Assembly: GCA_963782055.1 (NCBI GenBank)
Contig: CAWAIF010000002.1
Span: 352,001 to 416,000, forward strand
Length of the DNA: 64,000 nt
From: an uncultured delta proteobacterium
GTDB lineage: Bacteria; Myxococcota_A; Polyangia; Polyangiales; Polyangiaceae
Direction of reading: 5' to 3'
Shown here: in pieces, positions 32,301-40,967 of the stretch
Numbering within the stretch: the stretch's first letter is position 1
Layout: the number at the start of each line of letters is the position of its first letter
Made by a program: the position numbers and the translations under genes
Notes under the pieces: model-generated
The model's database searches: none
What the model was told of the DNA's origin: nothing
What the model saw: the letters and a program-made list of their open reading frames with translations, nothing else

Positions 32301-32999
32301 TCAGCGCCCGCGTCGGCTCGCGCCGGTGACGGTGTCCGGGACGGTGGCGGTGGTCGTGGCGGTCGGGCGGGTCGTCGGCGGCGGGCGGGTCGTCGGCGGC
32401 GGGCGGGTCGTCGGCGGCGGGCGGGTCGTCGGCGGCGGCTTGGTGGTGATGGCGGTGGGGCGCGGCGGGGTGCTGGTGGGTCGGGTGGTGGCCGTGGCGC
32501 TCGCCGTCGCCGACACGGTCGGCACCGGCGGCGTCTCGTGCGTCGGCTCTGCGTGACGCGGCAGCGTGGGCTTCCACGCGGTGGTCGTGTGACACTCCTC
32601 GCACGTCGTCGGGAAGCGGTTCACGTGGTCGGGCGCGCCCTCGTACTCCTTGCGGTGGCACGCGACGCACGCCTTCGGCGTCCCGTGGAAGGTCGGGGGC
32701 TTCGCGCTGTGGCACTTGAAGCAATCCGCCTTGGCGTGGGCGCCGGTCAGCGGCCACGCGTGATCGAGGTGCGTGGGGTGCCAGCCGCTCTGCGCGTGGC
32801 ACACCCCGCACGTCGTCGGCTTCTTGCCCACGTGGTTGTGCGCGCCGCGGTAGTCCGTCATGTGGCACGAGGCGCACTGGGCGGCATCGCTCGGCTCCAC
32901 GCTCGGGTGGCTGCTCGCCTGCTGGGCGAAGCCGGCGATCCCGGCGGCGGCGAGGCCCGCGGCGAGCAGCGAGGCGCCGATGCGCAGGCGGAGGCTCAC
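32301..32999 (-). CDS. Secreted pentaheme cytochrome c with Pro/Thr-rich tail
   Basis: Signal peptide; five CxxCH motifs (CASCH, CGVCH, CFKCH, CVACH, CEECH); HAWPLTGAH; PPPTTR repeats. Confidence 0.88.
   Translation of the reverse strand: MSLRLRIGASLLAAGLAAAGIAGFAQQASSHPSVEPSDAAQCASCHMTDYRGAHNHVGKKPTTCGVCHAQSGWHPTHLDHAWPLTGAHAKADCFKCHSAKPPTFHGTPKACVACHRKEYEGAPDHVNRFPTTCEECHTTTAWKPTLPRHAEPTHETPPVPTVSATASATATTRPTSTPPRPTAITTKPPPTTRPPPTTRPPPTTRPPPTTRPTATTTATVPDTVTGASRRGR
32364..32438. repeat. 18-bp coding tandem repeat, about 4 copies (PPPTTR on the minus strand)
   Basis: GGGCGGGTCGTCGGCGGC repeated. Confidence 0.85.
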
Positions 33000-33000
33000 G

Positions 33001-34978
33001 TCAGAACCTCTCCTCGCGGAAGGTCATGCCGAGGCGCGCGCAGATGGGCCGCAGCTTCGCCGCGAGCCCGGGCGGTCCGCAGAAGAAGACGTCGACGGGC
33101 TCGCTCGGGTGCCAGCGGGCAACGTCCTTCAGCATGCCCTCCCAGTCCGGCGGGCCGATGTGCGTGTGCGTCCGCAGGCCGGTGATGAGGTCGCTGCGGC
33201 CGGCGGCGTGCATCACCTCCCGCGCCAGCTCGACGCCCAGCGCGGTGACGCCGGCGCCGCGGCCGTTCATGCAGAGGTGGACGTCCAGCAGGTTCTCCCG
33301 GTCCTCCTGCTCCAGCCGCGCGAGCAGCTCGCGGAACCACTCGAAGGAGTACTGGTCGCGGTTGAGCCAGAAGAAGTGGACCTTGCGCAGCGCGCTGGGC
33401 CGCCGGCTGTCGCCGTTGCGTCGCAGCACCAGGCTCTCCAGCACGCTGGCGAAGGGGGTGACGCCGATGCCGGCGCCGATGAGCACGGCGTTCTTGGCCT
33501 CGAAGATGTGCGCGCTGGGCGAGCCGTACGGCCCGTCGACGTACGCCACGAGACCCGCGCCGCCGCCGCGCTCCACCACCCGCCGGAGCGCGGCGCTCCA
33601 GTTGCCGAGCGAGCGGACGTGGACGGTGAGGGTATCGCGCTCCGGCGCGCTGCTGAGGGTGAAGGGGTGCCACTCGCGCCTGGCGATGGCGGGGATGCGC
33701 AGGAAGACGTAGTCGCCTGCGGCGAAGTCGAACCCCTGCGGCTTCTCCAGCTCCAGGCGCGTGACGCCGGAGCGCAGCGCCTCGCTCGCGACCACCGGCG
33801 TGGCGGGCGCGCGGCGGAAGAGGCGCAGCACGTGCTCCACGCCGAACCCGGCGATGGGCACGCCCGCCCAGAGGAGGAAGGACGGCGCGTGGGCGACGGC
33901 CAGGACGAACCACGCCACGTAGAGCAGGTGGGTGAAGTAAAAGAGCTCGAAGTGCCTGCTGCGGCGGATGAAGGAGAGGGAGAAGACCCACATCACCGCG
34001 AAGACGAGGAGGAGGGCGACCCCGGTACCGCCGCGCAGGCTCGCGACGAAGCCCCACACCGGCGACGACGCGTGGCCCGTCGCGTAGGCGACGACGAAGG
34101 CGGCCGCGTGCGCGACCGAGATGCCGAAGAGGCTGTGGCCGACGAGCCGGTGGAAGTCGATCGAGTCGTCGATGGGAATGACCTTGCCGAGCCACGAGGC
34201 GCGCACGCGCGTGAGCAGGCGCCGCATCATCGGCAAGAGGATGAGCGCGCCGTTCAGGTCGGCGCACTTGCCGAGGGCGCGGCCGAGGTGCGCGGCGGGG
34301 TCCGGGGCGAGGGTGGCGTCGGTGAGCATGGCCCACACGAAGACCGCGCCGTTGGCCAGCACCCACAGCGTGACGAAGAGGGCGGGCAGCCAGCCGTACT
34401 CCGAGGTTTGCGCGGCGATGCTCGTCTGTCCGGCGCGCGCGTCCAGCCACGCGAGGAGGTCCTCGTTGGGCGCGATCCAGAATCGCCTCGCTGCGGGTCA
34501 TCTTGTCGAGCAAGGCCGGGCGCTTGCGCACGACCGCCTCCAGCTCGTCGAAGGTGATGAAGCCGTCCTTGTTCTTGTCAGCCGCCCAGAAGAGGACCCG
34601 CGCGAGCTGCTCCGGCGGCTGCGTCGCGCGGGCGACGTCGCTCTCGCCGAGGCTGAGGGTGATCATCCGCAGCATCTCCTCCGGGGTGATGCGGCCGTCG
34701 CCGTCGTGGTCGTGCACGCGGAAGGCGAAGAGGAGCTTCTCGCGCTCGGTGCCGAACACGAGCTTGCGCACGCCCTCGAGGAACTCGGCCTTGTCGATGC
34801 TGCCGTCGCCGTTCTTGTCGAAGACGGCGAGCACGCGGCGCGCGAGGTAGTCGCTCCGGAGCCCCAGGGCCTTGCGCAGCTCCTGGAGGTCGATCCGGGC
34901 GTCGGCTCCGGCGTGGTGCGCGAAGGAGCGCTCGAGCATGGACAGGAGACGCCTGTCGACGTGGCTGGCGTCGCTCAT
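33001..34978 (-). CDS. EF-hand NADPH oxidase (NOX5/RBOH-like), split by a 1-nt insertion near 34481
   Basis: N-terminal EF-hands DKNGDGSIDKAEF, DHDGDGRITPEEM, DKNKDGFITFDEL. In the shifted frame: heme His pairs FHRLVG..VAH and FTHLLY..VAH; FAD motifs WHPFTLSS and VDGPYG; NADPH motifs GAGIGVTPFAS, FFWLNRD, FFCGP; terminal FREERF. Deleting one base gives a continuous ~658-aa ORF. Confidence 0.9.
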
Positions 34979-34979
34979 C

Positions 34980-35507
34980 TCAGAAGCTGGAGTCTTTCGC
35001 GCTCACGCAGTCGCTGACGTCGGTCTGGCCCGCGAGCCAGGAGGTGATGCAGCGGTCCTGCGGATCGCCATCCTGCCATAGGGTGTTGCCCTTGTGATGC
35101 TCGGCGCCGCGAGCTTTACGAACCAGGGTGAGGCGATCTGGCTCTGCGCCTCCCTGATTGACCACGTTGGTCATCACCTCCGGCTCCAGGCCGACGACCG
35201 AGGCATAGTCCTCGTCGTACTCGGCCTCCGTGGTCTGGCCTTGCGAGACGGGTTTGTCGCTGGGGTCCAGGCGCAGGCCGATGTTGCCGTAGAGGCGGAG
35301 GTTGCGCTGGGCCGACCCGTGGCAGTCCAGCGTGCCGCAGCGCTTGACGAGCAGGTCAGCGACGGGCGGGAAGGTGGCGCGGTCGGGGAGGGCCTCCGTC
35401 GTGCGGGAGTCGACCGGCGGCGCCGAGCAGGAGAGGGCGACGCCGGTGGCGAGCACCGCCAGCAGGACGCCCAGCCGGGGGAGCGTCAGCATGCTCGCGT
35501 GCTTCAT
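34980..35507 (-). CDS. Lipoprotein with atypical heme-c-like motif CGTLDCH
   Basis: ALSC lipobox; CX4CHG followed by RNLRLYG; K.RG..HHKG; coupled to both neighbours. Confidence 0.75.
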   Translation of the reverse strand: MKHASMLTLPRLGVLLAVLATGVALSCSAPPVDSRTTEALPDRATFPPVADLLVKRCGTLDCHGSAQRNLRLYGNIGLRLDPSDKPVSQGQTTEAEYDEDYASVVGLEPEVMTNVVNQGGAEPDRLTLVRKARGAEHHKGNTLWQDGDPQDRCITSWLAGQTDVSDCVSAKDSSF

Positions 35508-36004
35508 GGGGCCACCCCACCGGGCGGAATGTAAACGTGGCCGGGCGACGCGGGGCCGGCCGGGTCGAAGTGGCAGGCAGCGCACGCGCCGTTGCGTCCG
35601 ACGTCGGCGGTCATGCTGGTGGTGACCCCGCCGTAGGTCACCGCGACCTTCATCGGGTAGACCGGCTGGTACTCGTGCGGCAGCACGTAGAAGTTGCCCG
35701 CCTGGTTGGTCGTCGCGTCGAAGGAGTTGCCCTGGCTGTCGGTGAGCGTCACCGTCGCGCCGTTGGCCGCCTGCAGGTCGTTCGCGTTGACGTAGACCGT
35801 CCCGGCCACGCTGAAGCCCGGCGGATTGCCGACGCTCCCGTCGTGGCAGAGCAGGCACGGCTGGCCCGGCCGGTGGAGCGGCCCGTGAGGCACGCCCGGC
35901 GCCTCTCCGCCCAGGGCCGAGATGGCATCGTCGCGCACCGGATCGCACGAGCCGGCGAGCGCCAGCGCGCAGAGGGCCAGGCCGAGCGCCGTGACCGTTC
36001 TCAT
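35504..36004 (-). CDS. Diheme cytochrome c-like lipoprotein with internal beta-sandwich (carboxypeptidase-regulatory-like)
   Basis: LAGSC lipobox; HRPGQPCLLCH and CAACH; AGTVY...TNQAGNFY. Confidence 0.8.
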   Translation of the reverse strand: MRTVTALGLALCALALAGSCDPVRDDAISALGGEAPGVPHGPLHRPGQPCLLCHDGSVGNPPGFSVAGTVYVNANDLQAANGATVTLTDSQGNSFDATTNQAGNFYVLPHEYQPVYPMKVAVTYGGVTTSMTADVGRNGACAACHFDPAGPASPGHVYIPPGGVAP

Positions 36005-37329
36005 AGCGCCGCCTCCAGCGAGATGGACCCGACCATCGACAGGCGCTGCGTGAGGTAGATGTCGTCGAGGTACTGCGTGGAGGTGAGGTTGAAGTCGACG
36101 CCCAGCATCCACGCGTGAGGATCGTCGCTGCGGCCGAGACCGGTGCGGAAGCTGGCGCCGCCGGTGAAGTTGAGCAGCGGACCCAGCTCGCGGTTACCGG
36201 TGCGCAGGGCGGGGTAATCGAACCCTGGCCGCATCACGTACGCGCGCTGCCAGAAGTTCACCGGCGTCTGGCCGTAGAAGCGGAGGTGCGGGCCGAGCTC
36301 CAGGCGGCGCGTGAGGTCGAACAGCCACCGGGCGTCGGTGGTCGTCGCCTTGAGGCCCCACGTGTCGACGTAGGCGCGCTGGTCGAGGCGCAGCGTGGAG
36401 GTGTGGAAACGGTGCGCCCAGCGCATGGAGACGGCGTAGCGGTCGCGGGTGTCCGGGAGCTGCTCGAGGGCGCGCTCGGAGAGACGCAGGCGGGTGACGT
36501 CGGCGACGGACGCGCCGCGCGGCACCACCACGCCGGGCGCGAAGAGCGGCACGTAGCGGTAGGGCTTTGACGGGTCGCCGTACTCGATCATCACGTCGGC
36601 CACGACCGAGAGCACCGTCGCGCGGTCCACCACCAGCGTCATGCCGCCCTTGATGGCGTCGCGGTCCAGGACGCGCGCGAAGACGGAGAAGGGCGTGCCC
36701 GAGCGGCCGGCGATGTCGTGGAGGTGGCTGTAGCCGAGGAGCAGGGTGAGGTTCTTCTCGAAGAGATCCTGCGTGACGGTCGCGCCGCCCATGACCGACG
36801 TGTAGTCCGGCTCGAAGGACAGCGCGGTGTTGGCGGCGACGCCGAAGGTGTGCGGCTTGAACGCGGCGTCCAGCGTGCCCGCGTGCCGCACCTCGACGAA
36901 GGGGGGAGAGGCGGTCGACACGACGTCAGCGGACGCAGCGGACACGACGTCGACCAGGTAGCGGCCGTTGACGCTCCAGCCGGCGACGGCGTTGGTGAGG
37001 CCCCCGGCGATGGATGGCGTCAGGACGTAGACGTTGTCGGAGTCGAGGTAGCCGGCCACGTCCATGGACGCGGTGACGTCCACGGCGTGCTCGACGACCG
37101 ACGTCGCCTTGGCGGTGCGCTCCTCCGGGCTGCCCAGGTGCAGCTCGGCGCGCGGGTGGCCGCCGGGGTCGGTGCTGGAGGGCGACTGCGCGCGCGCGGT
37201 CCCCCTGTGGAGCAGGCACGCGAGGACGGCGAGCAGGACGAGGGCGGAGCGCGCTGCCCCGGGGCTGAGCCGGCTACCTCTTCGGGCCGTCGGCCCGCGC
37301 TCCGCGCGCGACCTCAGTTGCAGCCACAC
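36001..37329 (-). CDS. DUF3570-like outer-membrane beta-barrel protein
   Basis: YLDSDNVYVLTP, YLVDVVSAASADVV, FEPDYTS, KPYRYV, EQLPDTR.R, R.YVDTWG; overlaps the DUF4266 gene. GTG start at 37329 is inferred. Confidence 0.8.
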   Translation of the reverse strand: MWLQLRSRAERGPTARRGSRLSPGAARSALVLLAVLACLLHRGTARAQSPSSTDPGGHPRAELHLGSPEERTAKATSVVEHAVDVTASMDVAGYLDSDNVYVLTPSIAGGLTNAVAGWSVNGRYLVDVVSAASADVVSTASPPFVEVRHAGTLDAAFKPHTFGVAANTALSFEPDYTSVMGGATVTQDLFEKNLTLLLGYSHLHDIAGRSGTPFSVFARVLDRDAIKGGMTLVVDRATVLSVVADVMIEYGDPSKPYRYVPLFAPGVVVPRGASVADVTRLRLSERALEQLPDTRDRYAVSMRWAHRFHTSTLRLDQRAYVDTWGLKATTTDARWLFDLTRRLELGPHLRFYGQTPVNFWQRAYVMRPGFDYPALRTGNRELGPLLNFTGGASFRTGLGRSDDPHAWMLGVDFNLTSTQYLDDIYLTQRLSMVGSISLEAAL

Positions 37330-37529
37330 CCACCCCCGGCCTCGAAGCCCCCGCCCGTCGCGCCCTCCTGCACGGCGCGCACGTGCGCCTCGCTCGGGCC
37401 GGCCATGTCGGACGTCGTCATCGACGGATGAGCCAGCCGGCCGCGCTCGTAGGGCGCGACACCGGCACAGCCGGTCGTTGCCAGCACCATGAGAACGATG
37501 AGCATCCACCATGCGATCGAGCGAGCCAT
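37314..37529 (-). CDS. DUF4266-like small lipoprotein
   Basis: TGCAGVAPYERGRLAHPSM ... EGATGG..GGGCGCN, characteristic of DUF4266. Confidence 0.85.
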   Translation of the reverse strand: MARSIAWWMLIVLMVLATTGCAGVAPYERGRLAHPSMTTSDMAGPSEAHVRAVQEGATGGGFEAGGGCGCN

Positions 37530-37565
37530 GCCGCATGAGGAAGTGCCCCATGGCCAGCTGAAGCA

Positions 37566-37581
37566 GGCGAACGCCGTGCCA
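37566..37581 (-). promoter_or_regulatory. Putative sigma54 promoter for the DUF4266-NOX operon
   Basis: Minus strand TGGCACGGCGTTCGC (GG-N10-GC), about 37 nt upstream of the start codon. Confidence 0.5.
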
Positions 37582-37666
37582 CTTTTGCGATGGGATGCCT
37601 GGAACGGGGGGGAGTTGGGTACTTCTTTCATCGTAGCTCCTGATTTCGTTGCGCCGACCACCCTCG

Positions 37667-38410
37667 ATGTTCTTGCCAACTGTTGTAGAGCTGGCGCGCC
37701 GTTTGCGGCCGCTGGTGCTATCTTGCGCATGCGCCGCCTTCGCGCTCGCAGCTCGACCGGTGATGGCCGCCGGCGGCGACCTCCCCGCAGGGAGCCCGGC
37801 CGTGGGAAACGACGAGCCGCCGTCGTCGCCGCCGAAGAAGAAGCCGGCGACGGTGGACTGGGAGCTGGCGGGAAACGCCGGGTACCTCTCGGCGCCCATC
37901 CGCGGGGGGACCACGCCGTTCGGCTTCGGGTTCGGCGCGCGCTTCGGGATGATCGTCACCGGCGCCTACTTCGGCGTGAACGTGGTCGACTACCTCGGCG
38001 GCACCGACGTGACGCTCTCCGACAGCGCGCTGCTGTTCGGCGGTGAGATCGGCTACGGCGTGGTGCTCCACGAGTTCGAGAGCTTCCACGGCACGCTGGT
38101 GCTGCGGCCGCTCGTCGGCGTGGGCAACGCGGCGGTCTCGCACACCGACCCCGCCACCGTCCAGAACGCCAAGCCCGACGTCGTCACCACCGCGAGCGGC
38201 CGCACAGTGACGCGCGGTGCCCCCTCCGACACGACCACCGTCGACAACGTCTACGTGCGACCGGCGCTCGCGCTCATGCTGGTCACCGGCTGGCACTTCG
38301 CCGCGCTGGAGGGCAGCGCGCTCGTCATCCCGGGCATCAGCTACGGCGGGGCCGACCCGACGAGCTGGATCTCCTACGGCGGCCAGCTCCAGCTCGGTCT
38401 GCGCTTCTGA
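37667..38410 (+). CDS. Putative small outer-membrane beta-barrel protein
   Basis: Signal-like N-terminus; alternating Gly/aromatic strands (GFGFGARFG, GGEIGYG, LRPLVGVG); C-terminal LGLRF. Confidence 0.7.
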   Translation: MFLPTVVELARRLRPLVLSCACAAFALAARPVMAAGGDLPAGSPAVGNDEPPSSPPKKKPATVDWELAGNAGYLSAPIRGGTTPFGFGFGARFGMIVTGAYFGVNVVDYLGGTDVTLSDSALLFGGEIGYGVVLHEFESFHGTLVLRPLVGVGNAAVSHTDPATVQNAKPDVVTTASGRTVTRGAPSDTTTVDNVYVRPALALMLVTGWHFAALEGSALVIPGISYGGADPTSWISYGGQLQLGLRF

Positions 38411-38451
38411 CGGACGTTGATCCGCCGCACGGCCGGGATTACTATCCCGGT

Positions 38452-39009
38452 ATGTATAGTTCTTCGCGCCTCGGGCTCGTGATCGCGTCGGGGACGGTGG
38501 CGGTGGTGATGACCGCGGCGTGCGGCTCCTCGCCGGCGGTGAGCGCCACCCTCGCCGACGCGTCCTTCGCCACCTCCGGAGGCAACCTCTTCAACTGCAC
38601 CACGCCCTCCCGCCCGGCGACGGCACGGTCGGTTTCGACCGACGGCATGGAGTGCTCGCCGAAGCGCGCGGCCGACGGCAGCTTCACCACGACCCCGGTA
38701 ACCGAGATCTTCAAGATCGGGTGCGGCGACGGCCATGGCGCGTTCTTGACCCTCACGTGCGCCGGCGACGGCAAGACGCGGGTCGTGAGCGGCACGGCCA
38801 CACTTTCCCTCCTGGGGAGCTGCGACACGCCGAAGCAGCCACCGACGAGCGGCCAGACCTTCACCTTCACCGACCTGGCCCCCGGGGACACGCAGTCCCA
38901 GCCGCTGTCCGACTGCGCCGCGTTCTCCAACTTCTGCACGGTCTCCGACCCGTGCGCCTTCAACGAGCTGAAGGCCAGCGTCAGCATCACCAACCCCTCG
39001 CAGCCCTGA
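38452..39009 (+). CDS. Cys-containing hypothetical lipoprotein
   Basis: MTAACG lipobox; Thr/Ser-rich; paired cysteines. Confidence 0.65.
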   Translation: MYSSSRLGLVIASGTVAVVMTAACGSSPAVSATLADASFATSGGNLFNCTTPSRPATARSVSTDGMECSPKRAADGSFTTTPVTEIFKIGCGDGHGAFLTLTCAGDGKTRVVSGTATLSLLGSCDTPKQPPTSGQTFTFTDLAPGDTQSQPLSDCAAFSNFCTVSDPCAFNELKASVSITNPSQP

Positions 39010-39066
39010 GCCGCCCCCACACAAAGCCTCCCCGCATTTCGCTCGCTGGCGCATGATCGGCTCACC

Positions 39067-39645
39067 ATGCTGCCGCACCTCTATGCACTCCTGCTGCACC
39101 CCGGGATCCCGCTGGCGGAGAAGGTCTTCCGCACGGCGGTCGTCTACGTCTTCCTCCTGGTGAGCCTGCGGCTCGCCGGCAAGCGCGAGCTGGGACAGCT
39201 CAACGCCTTCGACCTCGTCGTCCTGCTGCTGCTCGCGAGCACGCTGCAGAACGCCATCATCGGGCCGGACAACTCCGTCGTCGGTGGCGTCGTGGGGGCG
39301 ACGACGCTGCTCGTCGTCAACTACGCGATGGTGCGCTTCCTCTACCGCCACCAGAAGCTGGAGCACCTCATCGAGGGCGACGCCGACGTCCTCATTCACC
39401 GCGGCCACGTCATCGACAAGAACCTGGCGCGCGAGCTCATCACCCGCGACGAGCTGGAGGCGGCGGCGCGCCGGCAGGGCATCGCCCGCCTCGAGCTGGT
39501 GGAGGAGGCGCGCATCGAGGTGGGGGGCGCGCTCACCTTCTGCGAGTGGACGCCCACCGAGGACCAGCGCCACCACGCCGAGCTGATGAACCGCCTGGCG
39601 CGGATGGAGTCACTGCTGACGAAGCTGGCGACCGAGCGCCCCTGA
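39067..39645 (+). CDS. DUF421 / YetF family membrane protein
   Basis: LRLAGKRELGQLNAFDLVVLL, IEG..VLI..G, A.IE.GG.L. Confidence 0.9.
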   Translation: MLPHLYALLLHPGIPLAEKVFRTAVVYVFLLVSLRLAGKRELGQLNAFDLVVLLLLASTLQNAIIGPDNSVVGGVVGATTLLVVNYAMVRFLYRHQKLEHLIEGDADVLIHRGHVIDKNLARELITRDELEAAARRQGIARLELVEEARIEVGGALTFCEWTPTEDQRHHAELMNRLARMESLLTKLATERP

Positions 39646-39747
39646 GTCCCAGGCGGCGCGTCGCTTCCTGCTCGTCCTGGCGCCGTGGTCGCCTGCAAAG
39701 GGCGTGGGGCCGTTGGCCGGCGCCACGTGCAACGCTATCATGAGAGG

Positions 39748-40299
39748 ATGAACGCTCGCGTCTTGCTTGGCTTGTGGCTGGTGTTCAACATGGGCTGCTC
39801 CGGCGACAGCTTCTCCGGCAAGGATGGCGGTGGCGGCGACGCGTCGATCGCCGACGGCGGGCAGGACGACGGAGGCGGTGGCGACGTCGCCGACTCGGGT
39901 GACGGTGGCGTCATCGACGCCGGGCCGCGCGCGATCCCGTGTGGCGGCCAGAGCGAGTGCGGCGGACAGGACCGCGTGTGCTGCGCCAATCCGGACTGGA
40001 GCAAGACCAGCTGCGTCGCCGCTCAGGACACGACGCATTGCGCGGGCTACCTGACCTGCGTCGACAGCCGGGATTGCCCCGTGCAGGGTCACGTTTGCTG
40101 CGCCAAGGTCACCGCTCCCACGCCGAACGCGGTCACAGTGGATTCCACGAGCTGCGTCCCAGCCAGCAAGTGCGTTGTACCGGACGTGGTTCTCTGCGGG
40201 GCCGGCGCCAACCCGAACAACAAGGACTGCCCGACGCCGACGACCTGCAAGCCCAACACCGACGGCGGCCCGCCCTGGGTGGGCGTCTGCAGCCTCTGA
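39748..40299 (+). CDS. Cys-rich lipoprotein
   Basis: NMGCSG lipobox, DGG linker, VCC and C.DS.DC...VCC motifs. Confidence 0.7.
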   Translation: MNARVLLGLWLVFNMGCSGDSFSGKDGGGGDASIADGGQDDGGGGDVADSGDGGVIDAGPRAIPCGGQSECGGQDRVCCANPDWSKTSCVAAQDTTHCAGYLTCVDSRDCPVQGHVCCAKVTAPTPNAVTVDSTSCVPASKCVVPDVVLCGAGANPNNKDCPTPTTCKPNTDGGPPWVGVCSL

Positions 40300-40329
40300 C
40301 GCCTTCTTCTCGGTCGCTGGTGGCGCGGC

Positions 40330-40890
40330 CTACTTGCAGCCGTCCCCGGTGCACGCGCATCCCCCGCCCGAGCAGTCGGTGAAGGAGCACGTCGCGCCGC
40401 TCCCGCAGCTCAGCGAGCAGCCACCCTGCGAGCAGGAGACCGCGCACGTGGACCCCGAAGCGCAGGCGGTGAAGCAGCCGCCGCCGGAGCAGCGGACCGT
40501 GCAGTTGCCGTCCTTCGGGCAGGAGGTGTTGCAGCCACCCCCCGAGCAGTCCACCTCGCACGGGCCGGGCCCGCAGTAGCCGACGCACTTGCCGCCCGAG
40601 CAGCCGAGCGTGCACTCCCCGGTCGGCGCGCAGACCAGCGCGCAGTTGCCGCCGGAGCAGTCCATGTCGCAGGGGGCGCTGGCGCACTGCGAGCTGCATC
40701 CGCCGTTGGAGCAGTCGCACGCGCCGGGGTCGCAGGCGGTCGGCGTGCGCGCGGGGCCGCCGTCGGGCAGCGTGTCGGGCACCGTGGGGCCACCGTTCGG
40801 CCCGCTGGTGTCGCCACCTCCGCCGCAGGCGGCGGCGGCCGCCACGCCCACGGCGAGCGCGACGAGGCTGGAGAGGAGGCGCGCCTTCAT
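40330..40890 (-). CDS. Cys-rich repeat lipoprotein (CSGGxC repeats)
   Basis: AAACGG lipobox; regular CxxxCSGGxCxxxC repeats. Confidence 0.75.
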   Translation of the reverse strand: MKARLLSSLVALAVGVAAAAACGGGGDTSGPNGGPTVPDTLPDGGPARTPTACDPGACDCSNGGCSSQCASAPCDMDCSGGNCALVCAPTGECTLGCSGGKCVGYCGPGPCEVDCSGGGCNTSCPKDGNCTVRCSGGGCFTACASGSTCAVSCSQGGCSLSCGSGATCSFTDCSGGGCACTGDGCK

Positions 40891-40967
40891 CGCCCGCGAG
40901 CGTACCACGGGGACAGGCGGGCGCCGTGGTCCGGGTCGCCCTCGCCTGGTACGCTCGACGCGACGTC

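Noticed and set aside
32996..34480. C-terminal ~490 aa of the listed 660-aa EF-hand ORF as a real protein
   Set aside because: Low-complexity Arg/Pro translation; the NOX domains are in the adjacent frame.
38452..40890. Cys-rich small ORFs as RiPP precursors
   Set aside because: They have lipoboxes and disulfide-type repeats typical of myxobacterial lipoproteins, and no recognisable RiPP maturases or transporters are adjacent.
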